Assembly (NCBI GenBank): GCA_964016885.1
Contig: OZ024758.1
Span: forward strand, 34,906,001-34,970,000
DNA from: Eledone cirrhosa
Lineage: Eukaryota
Length of the DNA: 64,000 bases
Direction: 5' to 3'
Shown: positions 13,801 through 28,300 of the stretch, piece after piece
Layout: each line of letters starts with the position of its first letter
How positions within the stretch are numbered: the stretch's first letter is position 1
Position numbers and translations under genes: made by a program
The notes under the pieces: generated by a model
The model's input: only the letters and a program-made list of their open reading frames with translations
Databases searched by the model: none
Told to the model about the DNA's origin: nothing

Positions 13801-16800
13801 AGAATTCATTTAAGTCAAGGTACTAGCTGTCAGAAGTAACTCCAATGTTGGTGAGAATTCATTTAAGTCATGGTATTAGCTGTCAGAAGTAACTCCAATG
13901 TTGGTGAGAATTCATTTAAGTTCATGGTATTAGCTGTCAGAAGTAACTCCACTGTTGGTGAGAATTCATTTAAGTTCATGGTATTAGCTGTCAGAAGTAA
14001 CTCCACTGTTGGTGAGAATTCATTTAAGTTGATGGTACTAGCTGTCAGAAGTAACTCCACTGTTGGTGAGAATTCATTTAAGTTCATGGTATTAGTTTGT
14101 CAGAAGTAACTCCACTGTTGGTGAGAATTCATTTAAGTCATGGTATTAGTTGTCAGAAGTAACTCCAATGTTGGTGAGAATTCATTTAAGTTCATGGTAT
14201 TAGCTGTCAGAAGGAACTCCACTGTTGGTGAGAATTCATTTAAGTTCATGGTATTAGCTGTCAGAAGGAACTCCAATGTTGGTGAGAATTCATTTAAGTC
14301 ATGGTACTAGCTGTCAGAAGTAACTCCACTGTTGGTGAGAATTCATTTAAGTTCATGGTATTAGCTGTCAGAAGGAACGCCACTGTTGGTGAGAATTCAT
14401 TTAAGTTCATGGTATTAGCTGTCAGAAGTAACTCCACTGTTGGTGAGAATTCATTTAAGTTCATGGTACTAGCTGTCAGAAGAAACTCCAATGTTGGTGA
14501 GAATTCATTTAAGTTCATGGTACTAGCTGTCAGAAGTAACTCCACTGTTGGTGAGAATTCATTTAAGTTCATGGTATTAGTTTGTCAGAAGTAACTCTAC
14601 TGTTGGTGAGAATTCATTTAAGTCATGGTATTAGTTGTCAGAAGTAACTCCAATGTTGGTGAGAATTCATTTAAGTTCATGGTACTAGCTGTCAGAAGTA
14701 ACTCCACTGTTGGTGAGAATTCATTTAAGTTCATGGTATTAGCTGTCAGAGGTAACTCCACTGTTGGTGAGAATTCATTTAAGTCATGGTATTAGCTGTC
14801 AGAAGTAACTCCAATGTTGGTGAGAATTCATTTAATTCATGGTACTAGCTGTCAGAAGTAACTCCAATGTTGGTGAGAATTCATTTAAGTACATGGTATT
14901 AGCTATCAGAAGTAACTCCACTGTTGGTGAGAATTCATTTAAGTCAAGGTACTAGCTGTCAGAAGTAACTCCAATGTTGGTGAGAATTCATTTAAGTCAT
15001 GGTATTAGCTGTCAGAAGTAACTCCAATGTTGGTGAGAATTCATTTAAGTTCATGGTATTAGCTGTCAGAAGTAACTCCACTGTTGGTGAGAATTCATTT
15101 AAGTTCATGGTATTAGCTGTCAGAAGTAACTCCACTGTTGGTGAGAATTCATTTAAGTTGATGGTACTAGCTGTCAGAAGTAACTCCACTGTTGGTGAGA
15201 ATTCATTTAAGTTCATGGTATTAGTTTGTCAGAAGTAACTCCACTGTTGGTGAGAATTCATTTAATTCATGGTATTAGTTGTCAGAAGTAACTCCAATGT
15301 TGGTGAGAATTCATTTAAGTTCATGGTATTAGCTGTCAGAAGGAACTCCACTGTTGGTGAGAATTCATTTAAGTTCATGGTATTAGCTGTCAGAAGGAAC
15401 TCCAATGTTGGTGAGAATTCATTTAAGTCATGGTACTAGCTGTCAGAAGTAACTCCACTGTTGGTGAGAATTCATTTAAGTTCATGGTATTAGCTGTCAG
15501 AAGGAACGCCACTGTTGGTGAGAATTCATTTAAGTTCATGGTATTAGCTGTCAGAAGTAACTCCACTGTTGGTGAGAATTCATTTAAGTTCATGGTACTA
15601 GCTGTCAGAAGAAACTCCAATGTTGGTGAGAATTCATTTAAGTTCATGGTACTAGCTGTCAGAAGTAACTCCACTGTTGGTGAGAATTCATTTAAGTTCA
15701 TGGTATTAGTTTGTCAGAAGTAACTCTACTGTTGGTGAGAATTCATTTAAGTCATGGTATTAGTTGTCAGAAGTAACTCCAATGTTGGTGAGAATTCATT
15801 TAAGTTCATGGTACTAGCTGTCAGAAGTAACTCCACTGTTGGTGAGAATTCATTTAAGTTCATGGTATTAGCTGTCAGAGGTAACTCCACTGTTGGTGAG
15901 AATTCATTTAAGTCATGGTATTAGCTGTCAGAAGTAACTCCAATGTTGGTGAGAATTCATTTAATTCATGGTACTAGCTGTCAGAAGTAACTCCAATGTT
16001 GGTGAGAATTCATTTAAGTACATGGTATTAGCTATCAGAAGTAACTCCACTGTTGGTGAGAATTCATTTAAGTTCATGGTATTAGCTGTCAGAAGTAACT
16101 CCACTGTTGGTGAGAATTCATTTAAGTCATGGTATTAGCTGTCAGAAGTAACTCCAATGTTGGTGAGAATTCATTTAAGTTCATGGTATTAGCTGTCAGA
16201 AGTCACTCCACTGTTGGTGAGAACTCATTTAAGTTCATGGTACTAGCTGTCAGAAGTAACACCAATGTTGGTGAGAATTCATTTAAGTTCATGGTATTAG
16301 CTGTCAGAAGTCACTCCAATGTTGGTGAGAATTCATTTAAGTTCATGGTATTAGCTGTCAGAAGTAACTCCACTGTTGGTGAGAATTCATTTAAGTTCAT
16401 GGTATTAACTGTCAGAAGTAACTCCACTGTTGGTGAGAATTCATTTAAGTTCATGGTATTAGCTGTCAGAAGTAACTCCACTGTTGGTGAGAATTCATTT
16501 AAGTTCATGGTATTAGCTGTCAGAAGGAACTCCAATGTTGGTGAGAATTCATTTAAGTCATGGTACTAGCTGTCAGAAGTAACTCCACTGTTGGTGAGAA
16601 TTAATTTAAGTTCATGGTATTAGCTGTCAGAAGGAACGCCACTGTTGGTGAGAATTCATTTAAGTTCATGGTATTAGCAGTCAGAAGTCACTCCACTGTT
16701 GGTGAGAATTCATTTAAGTTCATGGTACTAGCTGTCAGAAGTAACCCCAATGTTGGTGAGAATTCATTTAAGTTCATGGTATTAGCTGTCAGAAGTCACT

Positions 16801-18660
16801 CCAATGTTGGTGAGAATTCATTTAAGTTCATGGTATTAGCTGTCAGAAGTTACTCCACTGTTGGTGAGAATTCATTTAAGTTCATGGTATTAGTTTGTCA
16901 GAAGTAACTCCACTGTTGGTAAGAATTCATTTAAGTCATGGTACTAGCTGTCAGAAGTAACTCCAATGTTGGTGAGAATTCAATTAAGTCATGGTATTAG
17001 CTGTCAGAAGTAACTCCAATGTTGGTGAGAATTCATTTAAGTTCATGGTATTAGCTGTCAGAAGTAACTCCACTGTTGGTGAGAATTCATTTAAGTTCAT
17101 GGTATTGGCTGTCAGAAGTAACTCCACTGTTGGTGAGAATTCATTTAAGTTGATGGTACTAGCTGTCAGAAGTAACTCCACTGTTGGTGAGAATTCATTT
17201 AAGTTCATGGTATTAGTTTGTCAGAAGTAACTCCACTGTTGGTGAGAATTCATTTAAGTCATGGTATTAGTTGTCAGAAGTAACTCCAATGTTGGTGAGA
17301 ATTCATTTAAGTTCATGGTATTAGCTGTCAGAAGGAACTCCACTGTTGGTGAGAATTCATTTAAGTTCATGGTATTAGCTGTCAGAAGGAACTCCAATGT
17401 TGGTGAGAATTCATTTAAGTCATGGTACTAGCTGCCAGAAGTAACTCCACTGTTGGTGAGAATTCATTTAAGTTCATGGTATTAGCTGTCAGAAGGAACG
17501 CCACTGTTGGTGAGAATTCATTTAAGTTCATGGTATTAGCTGTCAGAAGTAACTCCACTGTTGGTGAGAATTCATTTAAGTTCATGGTACTAGCTGTCAG
17601 AAGAAACTCCAATGTTGGTGAGAATTCATTTAAGTTCATGGTACTAGCTGTCAGAAGTAACTCCACTGTTGGTGAGAATTCATTTAAGTTCATGGTATTA
17701 GTTTGTCAGAAGTAACTCTACTGTTGGTGAGAATTCATTTAAGTCATGGTATTAGTTGTCAGAAGTAACTCCAATGTTGGTGAGAATTCATTTAAGTTCA
17801 TGGTACTAGCTGTCAGAAGTAACTCCACTGTTGGTGAGAATTCATTTAAGTTCATGGTATTAGCTGTCAGAGGTAACTCCACTGTTGGTGAGAATTCATT
17901 TAAGTCATGGTATTAGCTGTCAGAAGTAACTCCAATGTTGGTGAGAATTCATTTAAGTCATGGTACTAGCTGTCAGAAGTAACTCCAATGTTGGTGAGAA
18001 TTCATTTAAGTACATGGTATTAGCTATCAGAAGTAACTCCACTGTTGGTGAGAATTCATTTAAGTTCATGGTATTAGCTGTCAGAAGTAACTCCACTGTT
18101 GGTGAGAATTCATTTAAGTCATGGTATTAGCTGTCAGAAGTAACTCCAATGTTGGTGAGAATTCATTTAAGTTCATGGTATTAGCTGTCAGAAGTCACTC
18201 CACTGTTGGTGAGAACTCATTTAAGTTCATGGTACTAGCTGTCAGAAGTAACACCAATGTTGGTGAGAATTCATTTAAGTTCATGGTATTAGCTGTCAGA
18301 AGTCACTCCAATGTTGGTGAGAATTCATTTAAGTTCATGGTATTAGCTGTCAGAAGTAACTCCACTGTTGGTGAGAATTCATTTAAGTTCATGGTATTAA
18401 CTGTCAGAGGTAACTCCACTGTTGGTGAGAATTCATTTAAGTTCATGGTATTAGCTGTCAGAAGTAACTCCACTGTTGGTGAGAATTCATTTAAGTTCAT
18501 GGTATTAGCTGTCAGAAGGAACTCCAATGTTGGTGAGAATTCATTTAAGTCATGGTACTAGCTGTCAGAAGTAACTCCACTGTTGGTGAGAATTAATTTA
18601 AGTTCATGGTATTAGCTGTCAGAAGGAACGCCACTGTTGGTGAGAATTCATTTAAGTTCA
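10860..18660. repeat. 1992-bp (37-monomer) higher-order repeat with truncated 26- and 21-monomer derivatives
   Basis: Offsets 10910>12902, 11609>13601, 14999>16991, 15430>17422 and 16129>18121 all equal 1992; 12902>14301 is 1399 and 14301>15430 is 1129. Markers AGAAGAAAC, AACTCTACT, AGAGGTAAC and AAGTACATGGTATTAGCTATC recur in the same order. Confidence 0.85.
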
Positions 18661-21600
18661 TGGTATTAGCAGTCAGAAGTAACTCCACTGTTGGTGAGAA
18701 TTCATTTAAGTTCATGGTACTAGCTGTCAGAAGTAACTCCAATGTTGGTGAGAATTCATTTAAGTTCATGGTATTAGCTGTCAGAAGGAACTCCACTGTT
18801 GCTGAGAATTCATTTAAGTTCATGGTATTAGCTGTCAGAAGTAACTCCACTGTTGGTGAGAATTCATTTAAGTTCATGGTACTAGCTGTCAGAAGTAACT
18901 CCACTGTTGGTGAGAATTCATTTAAGTTCATGGTATTAGCTGTCAGAAGTCACTCCGATGTTGGTGAGAATTCATTTAAGTTCATGGTATTAGCTGTCAG
19001 AAGTCACTCCACTGTTGGTGAGAATTCATTTAAGTTCATGGTACTAGCTGTCAGAAGTAACCCCAATGTTGGTGAGAATTCATTTAAGTTCATGGTAGTA
19101 GCTGTCAGAAGTCACTCCAATGTTGGTGAGAATTCATTTAAGTTCATGGTATTAGCTGTCAGAAGTAACTCCACTGTTGGTGAGAATTCATTTAAGTTCA
19201 TGGTATTAGTTTGTCAGAAGTAACTCCACTGTTGGTGAGAATTCATTTAAGTCATGGTACTAGCTGTCAGAAGTAACTCCAATGTTGGTGAGAATTCATT
19301 TAAGTCATGGTATTAGCTGTCAGAAGTAACTCCAATGTTGGTGAGAATTCATTTAAGTTCATGGTATTAGCTGTCAGAAGTAACTCCACTGTTGGTGAGA
19401 ATTCATTTAAGTTCATGGTATTAGCTGTCAGAAGTAACTCCACTGTTGGTGAGAATTCATTTAAGTTGATGGTACTAGCTGTCAGAAGTAACTCCACTGT
19501 TGGTGAGAATTCATTTAAGTTCATGGTATTAGTTTGTCAGAAGTAACTCCACTGTTGGTGAGAATTCATTTAAGTCATGGTATTAGTTGTCAGAAGTAAC
19601 TCCAATGTTGGAGAGAATTCATTTAAGTTCATGGTATTAGCTGTCAGAAGTCACTCCACTGTTGGTGAGAACTCATTTAAGTTCATGGTACTAGCTGTCA
19701 GAAGTAACACCAATGTTGGTGAGAATTCATTTAAGTTCATGGTATTAGCTGTCAGAAGTCACTCCGATGTTGGTGAGAATTCATTTAAGTTCATGGTATT
19801 AGCTGTCAGAAGTAACTCCACTGTTGGTGAGAATTCATTTAAGTTCATGGTATTAACTGTCAGAAGTAACTCCACTGTTGGTGAGAATTCATTTAAGTTC
19901 ATGGTATTAGCTGTCAGAAGTAACTCCACTGTTGGTGAGAATTCATTTAAGTTCATGGTATTAGCTGTCAGAAGGAACTCCAATGTTGGTGAGAATTCAT
20001 TTAAGTCATGGTACTAGCTGTCAGAAGTAACTCCACTGTTGGTGAGAATTAATTTAAGTTCATGGTATTAGCTGTCAGAAGGAACGCCACTGTTGGTGAG
20101 AATTCATTTAAGTTCATGGTATTAGCTGTCAGAAGTAACTCCACTGTTGGTGAGAATTCATTTAAGTTCATGGTACTAGCTGTCAGAAGAAACTCCAATG
20201 TTGGTGAGAATTCATTTAAGTTCATGGTATTAGCTGTCAGAGGTAACTCCACTGTTGGTGAGAATTCATTTAAGTCATGGTATTAGCTGTCAGAAGTAAC
20301 TCCAATGTTGGTGAGAATTCATTTAATTCATGGTACTAGCTGTCAGAAGTAACTCCAATGTTGGTGAGAATTCATTTAAGTACATGGTATTAGCTATCAG
20401 AAGTAACTCCACTGTTGGTGAGAATTCATTTAAGTTCATGGTATTAGCTGTCAGAAGTAACTCCACTGTTGGTGAGAATTCATTTAAGTCATGGTATTAG
20501 CTGTCAGAAGTAACTCCAATGTTGGTGAGAATTCATTTAAGTTCATGGTATTAGCTGTCAGAAGTCACTCCACTGTTGGTGAGAACTCATTTAAGTTCAT
20601 GGTACTAGCTGTCAGAAGTAACACCAATGTTGGTGAGAATTCATTTAAGTTCATGGTATTAGCTGTCAGAAGTCACTCCAATGTTGGTGAGAATTCATTT
20701 AAGTTCATGGTATTAGCTGTCAGAAGTAACTCCACTGTTGGTGAGAATTCATTTAAGTTCATGGTATTAACTGTCAGAAGTAACTCCACTGTTGGTGAGA
20801 ATTCATTTAAGTTCATGGTATTAGCTGTCAGAAGTAACTCCACTGTTGGTGAGAATTCATTTAAGTTCATGGTATTAGCTGTCAGAAGGAACTCCAATGT
20901 TGGTGAGAATTCATTTAAGTCATGGTAGTAGCTGTCAGAAGTAACTCCACTGTTGGTGAGAATTAATTTAAGTTCATGGTATTAGCTGTCAGAAGGAACG
21001 CCACTGTTGGTGAGAATTCATTTAAGTTCATGGTATTAGCAGTCAGAAGTCACTCCACTGTTGGTGAGAATTCATTTAAGTTCATGGTACTAGCTGTCAG
21101 AAGTAACCCCAATGTTGGTGAGAATTCATTTAAGTTCATGGTATTAGCTGTCAGAAGTCACTCCAATGTTGGTGAGAATTCATTTAAGTTCATGGTATTA
21201 GCTGTCAGAAGTTACTCCACTGTTGGTGAGAATTCATTTAAGTTCATGGTATTAGTTTGTCAGAAGTAACTCCACTGTTGGTAAGAATTCATTTAAGTCA
21301 TGGTACTAGCTGTCAGAAGTAACTCCAATGTTGGTGAGAATTCAATTAAGTCATGGTATTAGCTGTCAGAAGTAACTCCAATGTTGGTGAGAATTCATTT
21401 AAGTTCATGGTATTAGCTGTCAGAAGTAACTCCACTGTTGGTGAGATTTCATTTAAGTTCATGGTATTAGCTGTCAGAAGTAACTCCACTGTTGGTGAGA
21501 ATTCATTTAAGTTGATGGTACTAGCTGTCAGAAGTAACTCCACTGTTGGTGAGAATTCATTTAAGTTCATGGTATTAGTTTGTCAGAAGTAACTCCACTG

Positions 21601-24480
21601 TTGGTGAGAATTCATTTAAGTCATGGTATTAGTTGTCAGAAGTAACTCCAATGTTGGTGAGAATTCATTTAAGTTCATGGTATTAGCTGTCAGAAGGAAC
21701 TCCACTGTTGGTGAGAATTCATTTAAGTTCATGGTATTAGCTGTCAGAAGGAACTCCAATGTTGGTGAGAATTCATTTAAGTCATGGTACTAGCTGTCAG
21801 AAGTAACTCCACTGTTGGTGAGAATTCATTTAAGTTCATGGTATTAGCTGTCAGAAGGAACGCCACTGTTGGTGAGAATTCATTTAAGTTCATGGTATTA
21901 GCTGTCAGAAGTAACTCCACTGTTGGTGAGAATTCATTTAAGTTCATGGTACTAGCTGTCAGAAGAAACTCCAATGTTGGTGAGAATTCATTTAAGTTCA
22001 TGGTACTAGCTGTCAGAAGTAACTCCACTGTTGGTGAGAATTCATTTAAGTTCATGGTATTAGTTTGTCAGAAGTAACTCTACTGTTGGTGAGAATTCAT
22101 TTAAGTCATGGTATTAGTTGTCAGAAGTAACTCCAATGTTGGTGAGAATTCATTTAAGTTCATGGTACTAGCTGTCAGAAGTAACTCCACTGTTGGTGAG
22201 AATTCATTTAAGTTCATGGTATTAGCTGTCAGAGGTAACTCCACTGTTGGTGAGAATTCATTTAAGTCATGGTATTAGCTGTCAGAAGTAACTCCAATGT
22301 TGGTGAGAATTCATTTAAGTCATGGTACTAGCTGTCAGAAGTAACTCCAATGTTGGTGAGAATTCATTTAAGTACATGGTATTAGCTATCAGAAGTAACT
22401 CCACTGTTGGTGAGAATTCATTTAAGTTCATGGTATTAGCTGTCAGAAGTAACTCCACTGTTGGTGAGAATTCATTTAAGTCATGGTATTAGCTGTCAGA
22501 AGTAACTCCAATGTTGGTGAGAATTCATTTAAGTTCATGGTATTAGCTGTCAGAAGTCACTCCACTGTTGGTGAGAACTCATTTAAGTTCATGGTACTAG
22601 CTGTCAGAAGTAACACCAATGTTGGTGAGAATTCATTTAAGTTCATGGTATTAGCTGTCAGAAGTCACTCCAATGTTGGTGAGAATTCATTTAAGTTCAT
22701 GGTATTAGCTGTCAGAAGTAACTCCACTGTTGGTGAGAATTCATTTAAGTTCATGGTATTAACTGTCAGAAGTGACTCCACTGTTGGTGAGAATTCATTT
22801 AAGTTCATGGTATTAGCTGTCAGAAGTAACTCCACTGTTGGTGAGAATTCATTTAAGTTCATGGTATTAGCTGTCAGAAGGAACTCCAATGTTGGTGAGA
22901 ATTCATTTAAGTCATGGTACTAGCTGTCAGAAGTAACTCCACTGTTGGTGAGAATTAATTTAAGTTCATGGTATTAGCTGTCAGAAGGAACGCCACTGTT
23001 GGTGAGAATTCATTTAAGTTCATGGTATTAGCAGTCAGAAGTAACTCCACTGTTGGTGAGAATTCATTTAAGTTCATGGTACTAGCTGTCAGAAGTAACT
23101 CCAATGTTGGTGAGAATTCATTTAAGTTCATGGTATTAGCTGTCAGAAGGAACTCCACTGTTGCTGAGAATTCATTTAAGTTCATGGTATTAGCTGTCAG
23201 AAGTAACTCCACTGTTGGTGAGAATTCATTTAAGTTCATGGTACTAGCTGTCAGAAGTAACTCCACTGTTGGTGAGAATTCATTTAAGTTCATGGTATTA
23301 GCTGTCAGAAGTCACTCCAATGTTGGTGAGAATTCATTTAAGTTCATGGTATTAGCTGTCAGAAGTCACTCCACTGTTGGTGAGAATTCATTTAAGTTCA
23401 TGGTACTAGCTGTCAGAAGTAACCCCAATGTTGGTGAGAATTCATTTAAGTTCATGGTAGTAGCTGTCAGAAGTCACTCCAATGTTGGTGAGAATTCATT
23501 TAAGTTCATGGTATTAGCTGTCAGAAGTAACTCCACTGTTGGTGAGAATTCATTTAAGTTCATGGTATTAGTTTGTCAGAAGTAACTCCACTGTTGGTGA
23601 GAATTCATTTAAGTCATGGTACTAGCTGTCAGAAGTAACTCCAATGTTGGTGAGAATTCATTTAAGTCATGGTATTAGCTGTCAGAAGTAACTCCAATGT
23701 TGGTGAGAATTCATTTAAGTTCATGGTATTAGCTGTCAGAAGTAACTCCACTGTTGGTGAGAATTCATTTAAGTTCATGGTATTAGCTGTCAGAAGTAAC
23801 TCCACTGTTGGTGAGAATTCATTTAAGTTGATGGTACTAGCTGTCAGAAGTAACTCCACTGTTGGTGAGAATTCATTTAAGTTCATGGTATTAGTTTGTC
23901 AGAAGTAACTCCACTGTTGGTGAGAATTCATTTAAGTCATGGTATTAGTTGTCAGAAGTAACTCCAATGTTGGAGAGAATTCATTTAAGTTCATGGTATT
24001 AGCTGTTAGAAGTCACTCCACTGTTGGTGAGAACTCATTTAAGTTCATGGTACTAGCTGTCAGAAGTAACACCAATGTTGGTGAGAATTCATTTAAGTTC
24101 ATGGTATTAGCTGTCAGAAGTCACTCCGATGTTGGTGAGAATTCATTTAAGTTCATGGTATTAGCTGTCAGAAGTAACTCCACTGTTGGTGAGAATTCAT
24201 TTAAGTTCATGGTATTAACTGTCAGAAGTAACTCCACTGTTGGTGAGAATTCATTTAAGTTCATGGTATTAGCTGTCAGAAGTAACTCCACTGTTGGTGA
24301 GAATTCATTTAAGTTCATGGTATTAGCTGTCAGAAGGAACTCCAATGTTGGTGAGAATTCATTTAAGTCATGGTACTAGCTGTCAGAAGTAACTCCACTG
24401 TTGGTGAGAATTAATTTAAGTTCATGGTATTAGCTGTCAGAAGGAACGCCACTGTTGGTGAGAATTCATTTAAGTTCATG
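15862..24480. repeat. 4362-bp (81-monomer) tandem duplication: copy 1 ~15862-20223, copy 2 ~20224-24480
   Basis: Constant offset 4362 for 16129>20491, 16614>20976, 16991>21353, 17422>21784, 18121>22483, 18606>22968, 19307>23669, 19577>23939 and 20062>24424. Shared rare variants: TTGGAGAGAA (~19608/23970) and ACTCCGATG (19761/24123). Confidence 0.92.
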
Positions 24481-27400
24481 GTATTAGCAGTCAGAAGTAA
24501 CTCCACTGTTGGTGAGAATTCATTTAAGTTCATGGTACTAGCTGTCAGAAGTAACTCCAATGTTGGTGAGAATTCATTTAAGTTCATGGTATTAGCTGTC
24601 AGAAGGAACTCCACTGTTGCTGAGAATTCATTTAAGTTCATGGTATTAGCTGTCAGAAGTAACTCCACTGTTGGTGAGAATTCATTTAAGTTCATGGTAC
24701 TAGCTGTCAGAAGTAACTCCACTGTTGGTGAGAATTCATTTAAGTTCATGGTATTAGCTGTCAGAAGTCACTCCAATGTTGGTGAGAATTCATTTAAGTT
24801 CATGGTATTAGCTGTCAGAAGTCACTCCACTGTTGGTGAGAATTCATTTAAGTTCATGGTACTAGCTGTCAGAAGTAACCCCAATGTTGGTGAGAATTCA
24901 TTTAAGTTCATGGTATTAGCTGTCAGAAGTCACTCCAATGTTGGTGAGAATTCATTTAAGTTCATGGTATTAGCTGTCAGAAGTAACTCCACTGTTGGTG
25001 AGAATTCATTTAAGTTCATGGTATTAGTTTGTCAGAAGTAACTCCACTGTTGGTGAGAATTCATTTAAGTCATGGTACTAGCTGTCAGAAGTAACTCCAA
25101 TGTTGGTGAGAATTCATTTAAGTCATGGTATTAGCTGTCAGAAGTAACTCCAATGTTGGTGAGAATTCATTTTAGTTCATGGTATTAGCTGTCAGAAGTA
25201 ACTCCACTGTTGGTGAGAATTCATTTAAGTTCATGGTATTAGCTGTCAGAAGTAACTCCACTGTTGGTGAGAATTCATTTAAGTTGATGGTACTAGCTGT
25301 CAGAAGTAACTACACTGTTGGTGAGAATTCATTTAAGTTCATGGTATTAGTTTGTCAGAAGTAACTCCACTGTTGGTGAGAATTCATTTAAGTCATGGTA
25401 TTAGTTGTCAGAAGTAACTCCAATGTTGGTGAGAATTCATTTAAGTTCATGGTATTAGCTGTCAGAAGGAACTCCACTGTTGGTGAGAATTCATTTAAGT
25501 TCATGGTATTAGCTGTCAGAAGTAACTCCACTGTTGGTGAGAATTCATTTAAGTTCATGGTACTAGCTGTCAGAAGTAACCCCAATGTTGGTGAGAATTC
25601 ATTTAAGTTCATGGTATTAGCTGTCAGAAGTCACTCCAATGTTGGTGAGAATTCATTTAAGTTCATGGTATTAGCTGTCAGAAGGAACGCCACTGTTGGT
25701 GAGAATTCATTTAAGTTCATGGTATTAGCTGTCAGAAGTCACTCCACTGTTGGTGAGAATTCATTTAAGTTCATGGTACTAGCTGTCAGAAGTAACCCCA
25801 ATGTTGGTGAGAATTCATTTAAGTTCATGGTATTAGCTGTCAGAAGTCACTCCAATGTTGGTGAGAATTCATTTAAGTTCATGGTATTAGCTGTCAGAAG
25901 TAACTCCACTGTTGGTGAGAATTCATTTAAGTTCATGGTATTAGTTTGTCAGAAGTAACTCCACTGTTGGTGAGAATTCATTTAAGTCATGGTACTAGCT
26001 GTCAGAAGTAACTCCAATGTTGGTGAGAATTCATTTAAGTCATGGTATTAGCTGTCAGAAGTAACTCCAATGTTGGTGAGAATTCATTTAAGTTCATGGT
26101 ATTAGCTGTCAGAAGTAACTCCACTGTTGGTGAGAATTCATTTAAGTTCATGGTATTAGCTGTCAGAAGTAACTCCACTGTTGGTGAGAATTCATTTAAG
26201 TTGATGGTACTAGCTGTCAGAAGTAACTCCACTGTTGGTGAGAATTCATTTAAGTTCATGGTATTAGTTTGTCAGAAGTAACTCCACTGTTGGTGAGAAT
26301 TCATTTAAGTCATGGTATTAGTTGTCAGAAGTAACTCCAATGTTGGTGAGAATTCATTTAAGTTCATGGTATTAGCTGTCAGAAGTCACTCCACTGTTGG
26401 TGAGAACTCATTTAAGTTCATGGTACTAGCTGTCAGAAGTAACACCAATGTTGGTGAGAATTCATTTAAGTTCATGGTATTAGCTGTCAGAAGTAACTCC
26501 ACTGTTGGTGAGAATTCATTTACGTTCATGGTATTAACTGTCAGAAGTAACTCCACTGTTGGTGAGAATTCATTTAAGTTCATGGTATTAGCTGTCAGAA
26601 GTAACTCCACTGTTGGTGAGAATTCATTTAAGTTCATGGTATTAGCTGTCAGAAGGAACTCCAATGTTGGTGAGAATTCATTTAAGTCATGGTACTAGCT
26701 GTCAGAGTAACTCCACTGTTGGTGAGAATTAATTTAAGTTCATGGTATTAGCTGTCAGAAGGAACGCCACTGTTGGTGAGAATTCATTTAAGTTCATGGT
26801 ATTAGCAGTCAGAAGTAACTCCACTGTTGGTGAGAATTCATTTAAGTTCATGGTACTAGCTGTCAGAAGTAACTCCAATGTTGGTGAGAATTCATTTAAG
26901 TTCATGGTATTAGCTGTCAGAAGGAACTCCACTGTTGCTGAGAATTCATTTAAGTTCATGGTATTAGCTGTCAGAAGTAACTCCACTGTTGGTGAGAATT
27001 CATTTAAGTTCATGGTACTAGCTGTCAGAAGTAACTCCACTGTTGGTGAGAATTCATTTAAGTTCATGGTATTAGCTGTCAGAAGTCACTCCAATGTTGG
27101 TGAGAATTCATTTAAGTTCATGGTATTAGCTGTCAGAAGTCACTCCACTGTTGGTGAGAATTCATTTAAGTTCATGGTACTAGCTGTCAGAAGTAACCCC
27201 AATGTTGGTGAGAATTCATTTAAGTTCATGGTGTTAGCTGTCAGAAGTCATTCCACTGTTGGTGAGAATTCATTTAAGTTCATGGTACTAGCTGTCAGAA
27301 GTAACCCCAATGTTGGTGAGAATTCATTTAAGTTCATGGTATTAGCTGTCAGAAGTCACTCCAATGTTGGTGAGAATTCATTTAAGTTCATGGTATTAGC

Positions 27401-28300
27401 TGTCAGAAGTAACTCCACTGTTGGTGAGAATTCATTTAAGTTCATGGTATTAGTTTGTCAGAAGTAACTCCACTGTTGGTGAGAATTCATTTAAGTCATG
27501 GTACTAGCTGTCAGAAGTAACTCCAATGTTGGTGAGAATTCATTTAAGTCATGGTATTAGCTGTCAGAAGTAACTCCAATGTTGGTGAGAATTCATTTAA
27601 GTTCATGGTATTAGCTGTCAGAAGTAACTCCACTGTTGGTGAGAATTCATTTAAGTTCATGGTATTAGCTGTCAGAAGTAACTCCACTGTTGGTGAGAAT
27701 TCATTTAAGTTGATGGTACTAGCTGTCAGAAGTAACTCCACTGTTGGTGAGAATTCATTTAAGTTCATGGTATTAGTTTGTCAGAAGTAACTCCACTGTT
27801 GGTGAGAATTCATTTAAGTCATGGTATGAGTTGTCAGAAGTAACTCCAATGTTGGTGAGAATTCATTTAAGTTCATGGTATTAGCTGTCAGAAGTCACTC
27901 CACTGTTGGTGAGAACTCATTTAAGTTCATGGTACTAGCTGTCAGAAGTAACACCAATGTTGGTGAGAATTCATTTAAGTTCATGGTATTAGCTGTCAGA
28001 AGTCACTCCAATGTTGGTGAGAATTCATTTAAGTTCATGGTATTAGCTGTCAGAAGTAACTCCACTGTTGGTGAGAATTCATTTAAGTTCATGGTATTAA
28101 CTGTCAGAAGTAACTCCACTGTTGGTGAGAATTCATTTAAGTTCATGGTATTAGCTGTCAGAAGTAACTCCACTGTTGGTGAGAATTCATTTAAGTTCAT
28201 GGTATTAGCTGTCAGAAGGAACTCCAATGTTGGTGAGAATTCATTTAAGTCATGGTACTAGCTGTCAGAAGTAACTCCACTGTTGGTGAGAATTAATTTA
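22483..28300. repeat. About 1.46-1.51 kb (27-28 monomer) higher-order units
   Basis: Offsets 22483>23939 and 22968>24424 are 1456 (also 18121>19577); 26042>27551 is 1509. The marker order GAGAACTC, AACACC, TTAACTGTC, GAATTAAT, GGAACGCC, TTGCTGAG is repeated. Confidence 0.75.

Noticed and set aside
26701-26710. Singleton 1-bp deletion (GTCAGAGTAA); likewise a singleton insertion AGGACAC near 61844
   Set aside because: Each is seen once and cannot be distinguished from a sequencing or consensus error. Neither marks an insertion site or target-site duplication.
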